Under the pieces are notes generated by a model. The model saw only the letters and a list, made by a program, of their open reading frames with translations, was not told the origin of the DNA and made no database searches. Of a stretch of 64,000 bases of DNA, positions 19,250-29,690 are shown piece by piece (the first letter of the stretch is position 1; every line of letters begins with the position of its first letter). The translations under genes and the position numbers were made by a program. Origin of the DNA: Anaerolineaceae bacterium (GTDB lineage Bacteria > Chloroflexota > Anaerolineae > Aggregatilineales > Phototrophicaceae). Location: contig JACKCG010000007.1 in NCBI GenBank assembly GCA_020634135.1, forward strand, positions 81,550-145,549, written 5' to 3'.

Positions 19250-20671
19250 CTATTCCCACACTTTTACTGGTTTCTCTGCGACATCCTGCAAGGCTTCTAT
19301 GATTTTGTAGTACCCCGTACACCGGCACAGATTCCCGGTGAAACTCTGTTGAATCTGTTCCAGAGTAGGATTAGCATGTTCCTCCAGGAGTTTCGCCCCA
19401 GCCATCACAAAGCCCGGCGTGCAGTAGCCGCACTGCACCGCCCCATGTTCCACAAAGGCTTCCTGCACTGGATGCAGGCGGTTGTCCTCAGCTAACCCTT
19501 CAATGGTCACAATCTCAGCACCATGCGCCCTTGGAGCAGGCACAAGACACGACATTACCGCCGCACCGTCCAAAAACACCGTACAGGCGCCACACTCACC
19601 TTCCCCACAGCCCTCTTTCGTACCCGGAAGGCCGCCCTCTTCACGCAAGAGGTGTAACAGCGACTTTTCCTGGCCGGTGGCAAATGTCACCGATTGGCCG
19701 TTGATGGTAGTTTCAATAGGCTGTCCATCCTCATGTGCAACGGAGTGCGCCAATTTTTGCGAGTTCAGCGCCGCACCCCACAACATAGCCGGAGACTGCG
19801 GCCAATCCGCAGCCTGCTGGTTGGTCGCTAACGCCCGCAGCGCCCGCAGCACCAGCACTTTTATCATTTCAGTCCGATACACCGCCGTCCCCCGCACATC
19901 ATCAATTGGTGAAGGCGCAGCAGCCGCCAGCCGGGCAGCATTCGCCATGACTTCCGGCGTCAGCGTCCGCCCGACCAATGCCCGTTCTGCAACCGGAGCA
20001 TGAATAATGGTTGGGGCAACACTGCCCAGGGTGATTGTAGCACGAGTCACTGTGTCGTCATCGAAGGACAGCACAACGGCAACATTGACAACAGAAATAG
20101 CCTGCGTTCGCCGCAACCCCAATTTAAGAAAGATACCCCGCTCCGTCCGCGATAACGCGGGGAAAGTGATCGCCGTCAGCATTTCGTCCGGGCGCATCAC
20201 CGTCTGGCGCACACCTGTATAAAAATCAGCCAGCGCCACCGTGCGTTCGCCTTCCAGAGATAACAGGCTGACTTCTGCACCCAGCGCCATCAGCGGCGTA
20301 ATCGTGTCGTTAGCGGGCGAAGCCGTAATCAGATTCCCCGCCACCGTTGCCCGGTTGCGAATCTGTGGAGCACCGACCTGCCAGCACGCCTGCGCCAGCG
20401 GCAAGGCACGCTGCACCAATAGCGTATTGGCAACCACTTGATTATGTGTAACCAGCGGCCCTAACCGCACTTGATCGCCATGCAGCGTCATGTCGGCCAG
20501 GCCAGGCACCCGGGTAACATCAACCAGTACATCCACGCCAGGGCGCTGTTGGCGCTCCAGCTCAAGCAGAATATCCGTTCCCCCGGCAATGATCCGCGCC
20601 CGTTCCCGATACTGCGCCAGCAATTCCAGCGCTTCTGCTAATGATGCAACACTATAATAGTGATTCCACAT
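19250..20671 (-). CDS. Fused FAD-binding (CoxM/XdhB-like) and [2Fe-2S] (CoxS-like) subunit of the molybdenum hydroxylase
   Basis: N-terminal [14 protein letters not shown]_binding_5 and CO_deh_flav_C regions. C-terminal [12 protein letters not shown] and CGYCTPG...CRCTGY iron-sulfur motifs. The ATG at 20671 (MWNHYY) is preferred over the ORF-track start at 20752. Confidence 0.88.
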   Translation of the reverse strand: MWNHYYSVASLAEALELLAQYRERARIIAGGTDILLELERQQRPGVDVLVDVTRVPGLADMTLHGDQVRLGPLVTHNQVVANTLLVQRALPLAQACWQVGAPQIRNRATVAGNLITASPANDTITPLMALGAEVSLLSLEGERTVALADFYTGVRQTVMRPDEMLTAITFPALSRTERGIFLKLGLRRTQAISVVNVAVVLSFDDDTVTRATITLGSVAPTIIHAPVAERALVGRTLTPEVMANAARLAAAAPSPIDDVRGTAVYRTEMIKVLVLRALRALATNQQAADWPQSPAMLWGAALNSQKLAHSVAHEDGQPIETTINGQSVTFATGQEKSLLHLLREEGGLPGTKEGCGEGECGACTVFLDGAAVMSCLVPAPRAHGAEIVTIEGLAEDNRLHPVQEAFVEHGAVQCGYCTPGFVMAGAKLLEEHANPTLEQIQQSFTGNLCRCTGYYKIIEALQDVAEKPVKVWE

Positions 20672-20809
20672 AACCTTCTTGTACCTTTTTTGTTCACTGT
20701 GTCGAATAGTCCGGCAAACAGGCTCAGGCTGCTGCCGGGTAGCTGCTGACATGCACAGATCGTACTGACCTGTACATTACCATGTGCCCTTGCCGGGCGC
20801 TACAACCAA

Positions 20810-21424
20810 TCAAGACTTAAGCGGTTCGATTTCCATCACCGTTACCGGGTTGATGTTGATAATACAGGTCTGCTGGTACTCGGTACGAGTCGTCACCCGG
20901 CGATCCCAGGTATGAACATGTCCGTGTACCATATAACGAGGCCGGTACCACTGAAGAAAACGCAGCAGACTGCCAAATCCCCGATGCGGCCCATCCTCTC
21001 CATCATGGATACCCTGTGGCGGGGAATGCGTCACCAGCACATCCACCCGACCATGCTGTAAGCGATGAAACTGCAGGTAGGGCGCGGCGCCGACGACCAT
21101 ACCGCGCATCTCCCCTTCCGTATACTGTATGCCTCGATCATTGTAACGGATTGATCCCTCCAGGCCATAAAATGAGAGATTCTGGAACGTCAGGAGCCGC
21201 CGGTGCAGGTCTTCCCCACCCGGCGGTTTTTCATCATAGTTGGTATCGTGGTTGCCACGTACATAAAATAATGGCACATTCAGAATAGATGTAATAAATT
21301 CCAGATACGCGGCAGGTAAATCACCGCAGCTCACAACCAGTTCAATATCAGAATAGTAGCGCCGCAGGTTCACCGCGCTTTCCATTTGCGGCATGACCGT
21401 ATCACTAAGAAATAGTATTTTCAC
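20810..21424 (-). CDS. Calcineurin-like metallophosphoesterase
   Basis: ILFLSDT, CGDL, RGNHD, LVTHSPP and GHVH motifs. Confidence 0.8.
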   Translation of the reverse strand: MKILFLSDTVMPQMESAVNLRRYYSDIELVVSCGDLPAAYLEFITSILNVPLFYVRGNHDTNYDEKPPGGEDLHRRLLTFQNLSFYGLEGSIRYNDRGIQYTEGEMRGMVVGAAPYLQFHRLQHGRVDVLVTHSPPQGIHDGEDGPHRGFGSLLRFLQWYRPRYMVHGHVHTWDRRVTTRTEYQQTCIININPVTVMEIEPLKS

Positions 21425-21484
21425 AGCATGGCTCGCATACTCTAATCGGATATTCCTCGTACAGCAGCGCGCAATATTTGTTCA

Positions 21485-22315
21485 CTATCCATTCACTTTT
21501 TGAGGTGTGCTGACTTCGCGCATCGGTTGACCATCACCGCCCCGCCGTATCATGATAATCTCACCCAGAATACTTACAGCAATTTCATGTGGTGTTTCAG
21601 CATTCAATTCCAGGCCGATGGGCGCATGGATTCGCGCCAACTGCGCATCAGTTATACCGCGTTCCGCTTTTAGCTGCTGAACGGTTAGTGCCCAGCGGCG
21701 GCGACTGCCAATCAGACCGATATACGCCGCCTCAGTCTCCAACAAGGCCGGAATCAGACTGATGTCTACCGGCAAACCGCGAGTCACAGCCGCGACATAG
21801 GTTTGTGTGCTGATCGTCATGTGCTGGGCGATTTCACCGGGTGCGCAGACAAGATAACCATCCATTCCCGGCAGATAGTCAGGCGTACACAAATCGGGCC
21901 GATCATCGGAGACCACGACACGATAGCCAGCCCATTTCGCTAGTTCAGCCAGCGCCTTGCCCACATGTCCACCGCCAATCACCAGCACCGTTGGCGAAAG
22001 ACCCGCTGGTTCGATAAACACCTGCACCGTACCACCACACACACCGGCATCTCCCGCTTCCATGTCATTGAGCGAATAGGAACACAACCGCGTTTTTCCA
22101 TCCTGAAGCGCAGCCAGAGATTCGGCAATGACCCGCGACTCTAACATGCCACCACCCACTGTCCCGACAATCGAACCATCAGCACGTACCAGCATTTTGC
22201 TCCCGGCATGGCGCGGCACGGAACCCTGGGCACTCACAACTGTCGCCAGCGCCACCGGCTCGCCCTGCTCCTGTGCCTCCAGTAGTGTCTGGTACACGAT
22301 CCGGTCAGCTTCCAT
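21485..22315 (-). CDS. xdhC: XdhC/CoxI-family molybdenum hydroxylase maturation factor
   Basis: ALATVVSAQGSVPRHAGSKMLVRADGSIVGTVGGG and Rossmann VLVIGGGHVGKALA. The ATG at 22315 is preferred because the longer ORF-track form overlaps the upstream gene by ~100 bp. Confidence 0.85.
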   Translation of the reverse strand: MEADRIVYQTLLEAQEQGEPVALATVVSAQGSVPRHAGSKMLVRADGSIVGTVGGGMLESRVIAESLAALQDGKTRLCSYSLNDMEAGDAGVCGGTVQVFIEPAGLSPTVLVIGGGHVGKALAELAKWAGYRVVVSDDRPDLCTPDYLPGMDGYLVCAPGEIAQHMTISTQTYVAAVTRGLPVDISLIPALLETEAAYIGLIGSRRRWALTVQQLKAERGITDAQLARIHAPIGLELNAETPHEIAVSILGEIIMIRRGGDGQPMREVSTPQKVNG

Positions 22316-24875
22316 TCTCGACAACCTCCACCTCACCCAACAGCAGCCGCTGCTGTTCGTCACCATCAGTGGGAGACAATCGCGTCCCCGTAACCGGGTC
22401 ATACAATCCCATCATAACCCGGTATTGTCCCGATGGTGCTTCTGTCAAGTTTACCACAAATGTGTCCTGAAACCCGCCAGGAAGCCAGTTGCCCGGCGGC
22501 AGTGTCCCGCCTCCTGGCCGCCCATCATATTGTCCGTGAATCACATCCGAATCGTCCAGCAGGTGGATGAACACTTTGTAGTCTCCCTGCGCCGTCCCAT
22601 CTGTATACCAATCGAGTGAAATTGCCAACTGGCCGGAATCGGGTTGGTAATCCAGGGCAGCCGCCGCCAGGATAATTGCGCCATCCTGGAATGCTGACAC
22701 GTTTGACGCCGGGGCTTCCGCCTGAAGATCACTTCCATCATATGCCATATGATAGTACGGCATATAGAAGCCGCCGGGGACATCGGCCACAATGCGAATC
22801 TTCAGAGGGTTGCTGAAGAGTTCTCCCGGAATCAGCGTGGGGATATCCAGCCAGCTACCCGGTAAGGCGGGTATCCAGCGGCGAGCGACAAAGACATCGT
22901 TAGCGAATACATCAAATGTGCCGGCCATCATGGGGTGAACCCGTGTCACGAGCAGAATAGGCGTTCCGGTAGCCAGCGTATCATCAAACCGCAGATCAAA
23001 TGACTCCTCGCCGGTGAGCAACCGTCCACCGTCCACCATGTGGCAATCGCAGCCGATATAACTCATCTGGCGCACTTCAGAGGGAAAACCGGGCAGTCGC
23101 TCCGCATTCGACCAGGTATAGGCAGCAGCACGCTCATCAGCAATATCAGCCACATCCACGCTGCTCAAAATGGCAGCATCTTCCGTAAGGTAATTCTGCA
23201 CTATACTCGGCTGCCCCGCTCCAGCCAGATGAGAAATCGCATCCCAATCAGGGCGATATATCCCCTGGAAATCCGCCGCCAGCGCCACATTATATTGAGA
23301 ATCCAGATCAACCGGGAAGCCTGCCAGCAGTTCACCATACACACCGGAATCGGCAACCATCCCCAGGCCGTAGCCGTGTCCCACGCCGTAACTGGCAATA
23401 TAATCGGGTTTGTGATGTAGCAAAAATTCCGCTACTGCGCCGGGGCCGGTGCGCCAGTAATCTGCCGCGCCGGGGGTGGTCAGTCCTACAATATCCAGTG
23501 TGGTTCTCCCTCCCACATAACGCATCATGCCCACATCATGAACCGCAACAACTGCATCTTCTGGCGTGTTGGCCGTCAACCAGCGTGCCATTTGCAGCGG
23601 TTGTTGATAGACGTAATCTACATTGAGAGCAAAATGCCCCTGGAACTGGACACCCGTCCATAATGCGGCCACCAGAGTCAGGCCCAAAATGCCGTAAGTG
23701 ATGAACCGCCAGCGAGTGGCGATAAGTGCCAGACCATAGGCAAAGAGTGGAAAAAGCAGCGCCAGCAGCGGCATCTGATAGCGCTTGAAATGCCAGAAAG
23801 CCGTATCCAGCGTAGCAACAGCCGCTGTCCCTGCCAGCAACCAGCCAACCAGCATCAGCCCTAAAGCCCGCCGGTCACGCTGGATAAACAGCCGACCCAA
23901 CCCAACAAAACTCACCAGAGGGACAGTGAACAGCACATACAGGCCCTCACGGGAGCTGATTCCGGTAATAAACTCGCGCCACATGCGGACAAACTGACCG
24001 ATGATACGCCCAATGACATCATCCCAGTAAAACGGTACAATCCCCAATACCGATTTAGCCGCATTTCCCGAAGCCACCGCCGAGCCGGTCACGAGCACAT
24101 TCACGAGCGGCTGCACCCCAACCGCCAACACGGGCAGTAGCAACCAGACGTGACGACGCCGCAGCGGGCGCGATTCCCAGAAGACAACCGGCACGGCCAG
24201 CAGTGCCAGCACTCCGCCCTCAGGGCGAATCAGGGCCAGTAGCGCTGCTGCCACCAGACTCTGCCGGAAATATCGCTGGTTGACCGCATACAACGTACTT
24301 AGCGTCAGGAAAATAACGATGCCGGTTTCCATGCCACTCATAAAATGCCAGGAAACCGGGCCTGACAAGCCGAAGATCACCACCAGCCCGACAGCCAGCC
24401 ATTCCGGCACATTCCACGAACGAGCAAGCCGGTAGACCAGCCACAACGAGCCGGCCAGCGCGGACGCGCCAAGAATCATCGCCCATAGACTGAGATTCAG
24501 GCCCTTGAAGCCCAGGTTATAGCCCGCTGCCAACAAATAGGGATACAGGAAACTGGTCGCGCCGGAGGAAGCAGGCAGGCCGGGGTTATAGACATACGGC
24601 TGGCCGACGGCAAGCTGCCTGGCGTACTGGAAATGAATGTAGACATCATCCAGCGGCAGCAGGAATTCCCCCCGCCCTGCTGCCTGGCTGGTCATGGCAT
24701 ACACCAGGAAAACCGCGCCAGCCAGCATCACACACACTGCCCATATAAAAAGGGAGCGTCTACGAAAGACGCTCGCCGGGGTTTGGTTCGATTTGAGATC
24801 TGAGGCAATCAAAATGTTTGGTCTTTGTTCAGGTCCTGATAGATTAATTCGAGTACCCATCCGCGAACGTGTCAA
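22305..24875 (-). CDS. Large polytopic membrane protein, GT-C-fold glycosyltransferase-like, with a ~400-aa extracytoplasmic C-terminal domain
   Basis: 856 aa with ~12 TMs. An [13 protein letters not shown] acidic motif follows TM1, resembling the DDYYH motif of the 981-2579 product. The C-terminal half is soluble. Confidence 0.55.
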   Translation of the reverse strand: MTRSRMGTRINLSGPEQRPNILIASDLKSNQTPASVFRRRSLFIWAVCVMLAGAVFLVYAMTSQAAGRGEFLLPLDDVYIHFQYARQLAVGQPYVYNPGLPASSGATSFLYPYLLAAGYNLGFKGLNLSLWAMILGASALAGSLWLVYRLARSWNVPEWLAVGLVVIFGLSGPVSWHFMSGMETGIVIFLTLSTLYAVNQRYFRQSLVAAALLALIRPEGGVLALLAVPVVFWESRPLRRRHVWLLLPVLAVGVQPLVNVLVTGSAVASGNAAKSVLGIVPFYWDDVIGRIIGQFVRMWREFITGISSREGLYVLFTVPLVSFVGLGRLFIQRDRRALGLMLVGWLLAGTAAVATLDTAFWHFKRYQMPLLALLFPLFAYGLALIATRWRFITYGILGLTLVAALWTGVQFQGHFALNVDYVYQQPLQMARWLTANTPEDAVVAVHDVGMMRYVGGRTTLDIVGLTTPGAADYWRTGPGAVAEFLLHHKPDYIASYGVGHGYGLGMVADSGVYGELLAGFPVDLDSQYNVALAADFQGIYRPDWDAISHLAGAGQPSIVQNYLTEDAAILSSVDVADIADERAAAYTWSNAERLPGFPSEVRQMSYIGCDCHMVDGGRLLTGEESFDLRFDDTLATGTPILLVTRVHPMMAGTFDVFANDVFVARRWIPALPGSWLDIPTLIPGELFSNPLKIRIVADVPGGFYMPYYHMAYDGSDLQAEAPASNVSAFQDGAIILAAAALDYQPDSGQLAISLDWYTDGTAQGDYKVFIHLLDDSDVIHGQYDGRPGGGTLPPGNWLPGGFQDTFVVNLTEAPSGQYRVMMGLYDPVTGTRLSPTDGDEQQRLLLGEVEVVENGS

Positions 24876-25851
24876 TCATCAGGCGGACATCTGCTCCCAG
24901 CGGGTAGAGAATCGGACAGGTAGCGCCATACTGGACATATTCGCGCACTTTCGCCTTGACTTCCTCCGGTGTGCCGGAAGCCGTAATCATCTGCACCACA
25001 TCATCTGGCACAAGCCGCATCGCATCCAGAATCTGGTCCTCGGTGGCCGGCCATGTCAACACCTGGCCGATTTCATCCAGCAGTTCCTGGCTCACACCGC
25101 TGGCCTTCATGATGTGTGGCTGCTGGCCGAGATACTGTGTAACGAGCTTCCGGGCAGCGTCCAGCGCCTTTTTCCGGTTATTATCCACCGAGCAGACAAC
25201 CAACTGCGGGCGATCAATCGAGTCGAGCGTGCGTCCGGCCTGCTTCGCCCCGGCCTCCAGTTGGGCCAGCGCGCCATCGTTATACTTCGGTGAGACAAGA
25301 TAGTTCAGAACGGCGCCATCGGCGATCTCGCCAGTGAGCGCCATCATCTTGGGGCCAGTTGCGCCGATATAGATCGGCACGTTGCGCGGGTCTTTGCGAC
25401 CATGCACAACGTCTAGTTCGACATCATCCAGGTGGACAAATTCACCATGAAATGTCACCCGTTCCCGGTGCAGCAAAGCGCGCACCACGGTTACCACTTC
25501 ACGCATCGCCAACAGTGGCTTCTGCCGGTTGATGCCGACTTTCTGCGCCAGCGGATCCCACCACGCGCCAATTCCACAAATGATCCGGTCTGGCGCAAGG
25601 TCATCCAGCGTCAGGTAGGTCGCGGCAATTACCCCGGCATTACGAGTCCAGTTGTTAATCACCCCGGAGCCAATCTTAATCCTGCTGGTCGTCGCAGCAA
25701 AAGCGGCCATCGGCACGATTGCATCGCGCACAAGCCGGCTCTCCGCCTGCCATACCGCCTCGAAACCCCGCGACTCGGCATATTGTACATACTTAATCGC
25801 ATCCTGAAGCGAATGCGCGTCTTGCAAATAAAGAGCAACACGATCAGCCAC
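24844..25851 (-). CDS. Luciferase-like (LLM class) F420-dependent oxidoreductase
   Basis: N-terminal [20 protein letters not shown]-barrel signature, ~335 aa, next to cofC/D/E. Confidence 0.75.
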   Translation of the reverse strand: MADRVALYLQDAHSLQDAIKYVQYAESRGFEAVWQAESRLVRDAIVPMAAFAATTSRIKIGSGVINNWTRNAGVIAATYLTLDDLAPDRIICGIGAWWDPLAQKVGINRQKPLLAMREVVTVVRALLHRERVTFHGEFVHLDDVELDVVHGRKDPRNVPIYIGATGPKMMALTGEIADGAVLNYLVSPKYNDGALAQLEAGAKQAGRTLDSIDRPQLVVCSVDNNRKKALDAARKLVTQYLGQQPHIMKASGVSQELLDEIGQVLTWPATEDQILDAMRLVPDDVVQMITASGTPEEVKAKVREYVQYGATCPILYPLGADVRLMIDTFADGYSN

Positions 25852-25952
25852 GATAATATTCCTTATAAGTCAATGAATAGGCATATTTTGTTCTGGCCGG
25901 AATTGAATAAGGGGCTGACGCCCCTTATTGAGAAGGCAGAAGCCTTCAAATA

Positions 25953-26567
25953 TTACATGATTTCGCCAACTTTTGCTAATTCCCGGTAGATTTCCAGGTC
26001 AGCAGGCAGGTCAATATCCAGCAGCAGTCGGGGGGATTGATACTGTTTAACATCCGCGCCTGCCTCTTGAGCCAGCTCAATGTGCCGCCGGAAACTTCCG
26101 GGACCATAAGCATAGTCAATGACTCCAGGGGGGCGGATGAAGAGCGCGTTCGTGCCATCTTCATTCTGATCGGTAGCGATCACGACGGTCTGGTTATATG
26201 GACCCAACTCAATCATCGCAGTCAGGTCTTCCGGCGCAACCAAAGGCAGGTCCGCTGGCAAAACGAGGACGGCTGCACTGTTCCAGCGCGTCACCACCTG
26301 GGTCGCTCGCATCAGCGCGTTATTTAACTCAGGAGCGCCGCTTTCCTGCACCGTGCGTGCGCCAAATTCACGGGCAATCGCCAGCGCCCGGCTGTCACGG
26401 CTGATGACCAGCGTCCCCATAATCTGGGGGACGTTACGCACAGTAGCCAGCACATGCCGCAACATCAGTTCGGCCAGCTGTTCCCGTTCTTCGGGCGAAA
26501 GCACCTGCGCCAGACGGCTTTTGGCCCGGTTCAGTGGTTTGACTGGAATAATTGTCCATATTCCCAT
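25953..26567 (-). CDS. cofC: Phosphoenolpyruvate / 2-phospho-L-lactate guanylyltransferase (CofC/FbiD)
   Basis: IIPVKPLNRAKSRLAQVLSPEEREQLAELMLRHVL N-terminal signature, ~200 aa. Confidence 0.85.
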   Translation of the reverse strand: MGIWTIIPVKPLNRAKSRLAQVLSPEEREQLAELMLRHVLATVRNVPQIMGTLVISRDSRALAIAREFGARTVQESGAPELNNALMRATQVVTRWNSAAVLVLPADLPLVAPEDLTAMIELGPYNQTVVIATDQNEDGTNALFIRPPGVIDYAYGPGSFRRHIELAQEAGADVKQYQSPRLLLDIDLPADLEIYRELAKVGEIM

Positions 26568-26671
26568 AAGTCTTCAGCGCAAGCCCGCTTAAACCTGGGC
26601 CTGTCGCTTGAACCTCCTTTCGTTAGTGGCTCTATATCAGTAAAAAGCGTCTACCTTACCACTACCTATCT

Positions 26672-27604
26672 TCAAACCCAGGATTGAACCCACTGTAGCA
26701 TGTTTTCCGCTACGGCAATCCGGTCCGATTCTGAATTCATAACAATTTCAAAACTGGTCGTATGCTGCACTGGCAGTGGGAGTGTCTTATCTATGGTATC
26801 CACAATGAAGCCGTTTATTACGTCACCATAATACTCAGCGACAATCTGAGCTGACTGTTCATATCCTAACTCTACCATCAATTTTGCAGCAGGACCCTTA
26901 ACAGCTTTCCCCCCAATAATTGGGGAGATAGCCACACGTGGCACATCGCGGGATACGATAAGATCACGCATCCCCGGTACCGCCAGAATCGGCGCGATAG
27001 ATAACCAGGGATTCGACGGGCCGATAACGATGATGTCCGCATTTTGCAGTGCGGTATGAGCAGCGGGCGTGATAGCAGCATTCTCTATCCCGGCAAAGCG
27101 GAGCGATTTTACTACAGGTTGCCAGCGATAGCGTACAAAATAGGTTTGAAACGCCAGTTCGCCATGTTCAACCGTATCAACTATCGTTGCTACCGGCACA
27201 TCGGTCATCGGTAACACACAATGCTGTACCCCTAAAGCTGTATTCAGCCTCCTGGTGACCTCGGTCAGTGTCTCTCCGGCGGCCATTGCATTTGTGCGCA
27301 GCAGATGGGTCGCGATGTCCTGGTCGCCCAACTGAAACCAGGGTTCTTCGCCATAGCGTCGCGCCGCATCCAGAACGGCGTGCGTATCGCCTTCAATCCC
27401 CCATCCGTTGGTTTTACTTACCAGGCCGGAGAGCGTATACATGATGGTATCTAAATCGGGGCAAACGCGCAGACCATAATGCCAGAAGTCATCGCCCGTA
27501 TTCACAATAATGGTCAGGTTTTCCGGCGGCAGGATTTGCGCCAGGCCAAACGCCAGTTTCGCGCCACCTACCCCGCCAACCAGTACAACGACATTTATCG
27601 CCAC
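26672..27604 (-). CDS. cofD: 2-phospho-L-lactate (EPPG) transferase CofD/FbiA
   Basis: VLVGGVGGAKLAFGL and NTGDDFWHYGLRVCPDLDTIMYTLSG motifs. The GTG at 27604 is the proposed start. The longer ORF-track form to 27754 runs 160 bp into the upstream nitroreductase gene. Confidence 0.85.
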   Translation of the reverse strand: MAINVVVLVGGVGGAKLAFGLAQILPPENLTIIVNTGDDFWHYGLRVCPDLDTIMYTLSGLVSKTNGWGIEGDTHAVLDAARRYGEEPWFQLGDQDIATHLLRTNAMAAGETLTEVTRRLNTALGVQHCVLPMTDVPVATIVDTVEHGELAFQTYFVRYRWQPVVKSLRFAGIENAAITPAAHTALQNADIIVIGPSNPWLSIAPILAVPGMRDLIVSRDVPRVAISPIIGGKAVKGPAAKLMVELGYEQSAQIVAEYYGDVINGFIVDTIDKTLPLPVQHTTSFEIVMNSESDRIAVAENMLQWVQSWV

Positions 27605-28221
27605 AATACACTCGATTCTAGCGGGCGGCGGTCTCTGACCCGCGACTCCGCAGGAAAGCCCAGGGTAATCAAGCCCTGCGGCTGCCAATCCGCCGGAAGC
27701 GACAGAGCAGTCTGTACGACATCCGGGCAAAACAAGGGCGCACACAACCAGCACGCCCCTAAACCCGCATCATGCGCTGCCAGCAGCAGACTCTGCCCGG
27801 CCATCGCTACACTTTGTACCGCCATCACAAATTCGCTGCGGCTGCGGCGTTCATCGGGGTAGCTATCCATATCGGCCATTGTCAGGCAAACCACGATGAC
27901 GACGGGCGCAGTCGTAATGCGTTCATACGAACGAGTCGTATCGGCAATGATGGCGGCTTCAGGCACACTGTCAGCCTCCAGGTCGCGCCGTAAGCGTTCG
28001 CCCATCGCCACAGCCAATTGTGTCTTCCGTTCCACAGTCTCCACCACCGCGAAACGCCAGGGTTGGCGGTTATGGGCAGAAGGCGACCAGATTGCCGCCG
28101 TTAGAAGCGTTTCCAAAACCGCACGCGGCACCGCTTCAGGCCGGTAGCGGCGAATAGAACGCCGCCCCCGAATTGCAATCAGCAGGCCAGATGGCGGTGT
28201 GCTGCCAGCAGCATCACTCAA
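27595..28221 (-). CDS. Stand-alone nitroreductase-family protein, candidate dehydro-F420-0 reductase (FbiB C-terminal domain equivalent)
   Basis: RRSIRRYRPEAVP...AAIWSPSAHNRQPWRF nitroreductase signature. Has a 4-bp overlap with the cofE stop and a 10-bp overlap with the cofD start. Confidence 0.65.
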   Translation of the reverse strand: MSDAAGSTPPSGLLIAIRGRRSIRRYRPEAVPRAVLETLLTAAIWSPSAHNRQPWRFAVVETVERKTQLAVAMGERLRRDLEADSVPEAAIIADTTRSYERITTAPVVIVVCLTMADMDSYPDERRSRSEFVMAVQSVAMAGQSLLLAAHDAGLGACWLCAPLFCPDVVQTALSLPADWQPQGLITLGFPAESRVRDRRPLESSVLWR

Positions 28222-29030
28222 CGGTACAAATCCTGTTCAGGAGAGCGAACCAGGTTGGCAGCCCGGCCATCCGCAGGCGGATAATTGAGACCACGCAGAT
28301 GCATCACAGGTCGGCCTTCATTCGCCTCACCACTCAGCAAGTGAGCCGCCGAAGCCACCAGGTCGGCATAGCCCATCGTACTGATGTGCAATTTGCGCCC
28401 GAAAAGATCATCCTGACCGCGCAGATCAAGCACCGCCGGCAGCCCGGCAACCCCAATCGCCACACCGATATTACCCATCCGAAACGGCCTGCCATGCGAG
28501 TCACTAATCACAATCCCTACCGATGCGCCCGTTTTCGCTTTCAGGGCATCATGAATCCGGCAGGCCGAGGCGTCAGGATCAATGGGCAACAGCAACGCCC
28601 AATCGTCACTCCCGTTGACATTCGACTGGTCAATTCCGGCATTGGCGCTGACAAATCCTTGCCGGTGTTGTGTAATCAGGATTCCAGGCGCCTGCCGTGA
28701 AATCCGCAAACTCTCCCGCAGCACCAGTTCAACGATGCGCGGGTCTTTGTTTGTCTCTGCGGCCAATTGCTGCGCTTCGGTACTTACTTCAACCAAATTC
28801 AAATCTACCATACGACCTTCAGATTTGGAGACAATTTTGGATGTTATCACCAAAGCATCACCGTCTTGCAGCACCAACCCAGCCTGTGTCACACCTTCCA
28901 GAATGATCTGTACCAGATCATCACCGGGCTGAATCAGCGGAAGTCCCGGCAATGCGGTAATCGTCAAAGTTACATTTTGAGTTGGCAAACTATTCAATAC
29001 CGGTGATACGAATACCGGCCCCTTTGACAC
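28218..29030 (-). CDS. cofE: Coenzyme F420:L-glutamate ligase (CofE)
   Basis: [30 protein letters not shown] and NAGIDQSN motifs. The GTG at 29030 overlaps fno by 41 bp, and an alternative TTG at 28988 would remove that overlap. Confidence 0.87.
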   Translation of the reverse strand: MSKGPVFVSPVLNSLPTQNVTLTITALPGLPLIQPGDDLVQIILEGVTQAGLVLQDGDALVITSKIVSKSEGRMVDLNLVEVSTEAQQLAAETNKDPRIVELVLRESLRISRQAPGILITQHRQGFVSANAGIDQSNVNGSDDWALLLPIDPDASACRIHDALKAKTGASVGIVISDSHGRPFRMGNIGVAIGVAGLPAVLDLRGQDDLFGRKLHISTMGYADLVASAAHLLSGEANEGRPVMHLRGLNYPPADGRAANLVRSPEQDLYR

Positions 29031-29661
29031 TATATGCCTTGTTAATATACAGCAGCACGGGCGTTAATGCCTCGACGGCCACTGCGTTTGCCAGCGGCCC
29101 GGCATCCACACCCCGCATCCCGGTGGCCTCAACCAGTTTCATCACGTCAGCTTTAGCCGCCGCATCATTCCCACATACTAACACGTCGCAATCCACCACA
29201 TGGTTCGGGTTACGCAGATGCTCGGCGCTCACATTCTGAAAAGCAGCCACAACACGCACGGTATCGCCCAGATATGCCTGCGCCTCCAGTGCTGCCGAAT
29301 GCCCCTCCGGCACATGCACTGTACGGACCTTTGGCGGTTGAAGCGGAACGGTCAAATCCACCAGCACCTTACCGGCCAGGCAGTCTTTGACTCCTTCAAG
29401 TGTCGGTTTATGGGCTGAATACGGCACACTCAACACCACCAGGTCGGCCTGTGTAGCCGCCGCTCCGTTTTCCAGACCGGTAAGATAGTCTCCGCCCAAT
29501 TCAGCATTCATCTCAACCGCACGACTGGCAGCGCGTTCAGGGTCCCGCGAACCGATAATCACGTTATATCCGTTGAGCGCCCACCGCATCGCCAGGCCGG
29601 AGCCTTCTTTGCCTGTGCCACCTAAAACAGCGATTGTAAGCATCTGCTTTGCATCTATCAT
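28990..29661 (-). CDS. npdG: NADPH-dependent F420 reductase (Fno/NpdG)
   Basis: IAVLGGTGKEGSGLAMRWALNGYNVIIGSRDPERA signature. The start is probably ATG 29661 or 29643, because the ORF-track start at 29730 overlaps ssnA. Confidence 0.83.
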   Translation of the reverse strand: MIDAKQMLTIAVLGGTGKEGSGLAMRWALNGYNVIIGSRDPERAASRAVEMNAELGGDYLTGLENGAAATQADLVVLSVPYSAHKPTLEGVKDCLAGKVLVDLTVPLQPPKVRTVHVPEGHSAALEAQAYLGDTVRVVAAFQNVSAEHLRNPNHVVDCDVLVCGNDAAAKADVMKLVEATGMRGVDAGPLANAVAVEALTPVLLYINKAYSVKGAGIRITGIE

Positions 29662-29690
29662 AACGAAACTTAGTCCTTTTGTGACAACGA

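Noticed and set aside
26672-27754. Long N-terminal extensions in the ORF-track calls for cofD, xdhC (to 22402), the FAD/FeS subunit (to 20752), fno (to 29730), dcd (to 45154) and the 8-oxoG-deaminase-like gene (to 43737)
   Set aside because: The extended forms overlap the upstream genes by up to ~160 bp and add non-conserved residues ahead of the family N-terminal motifs. Internal ATG/GTG starts, several with SD-like sequences, fit better.
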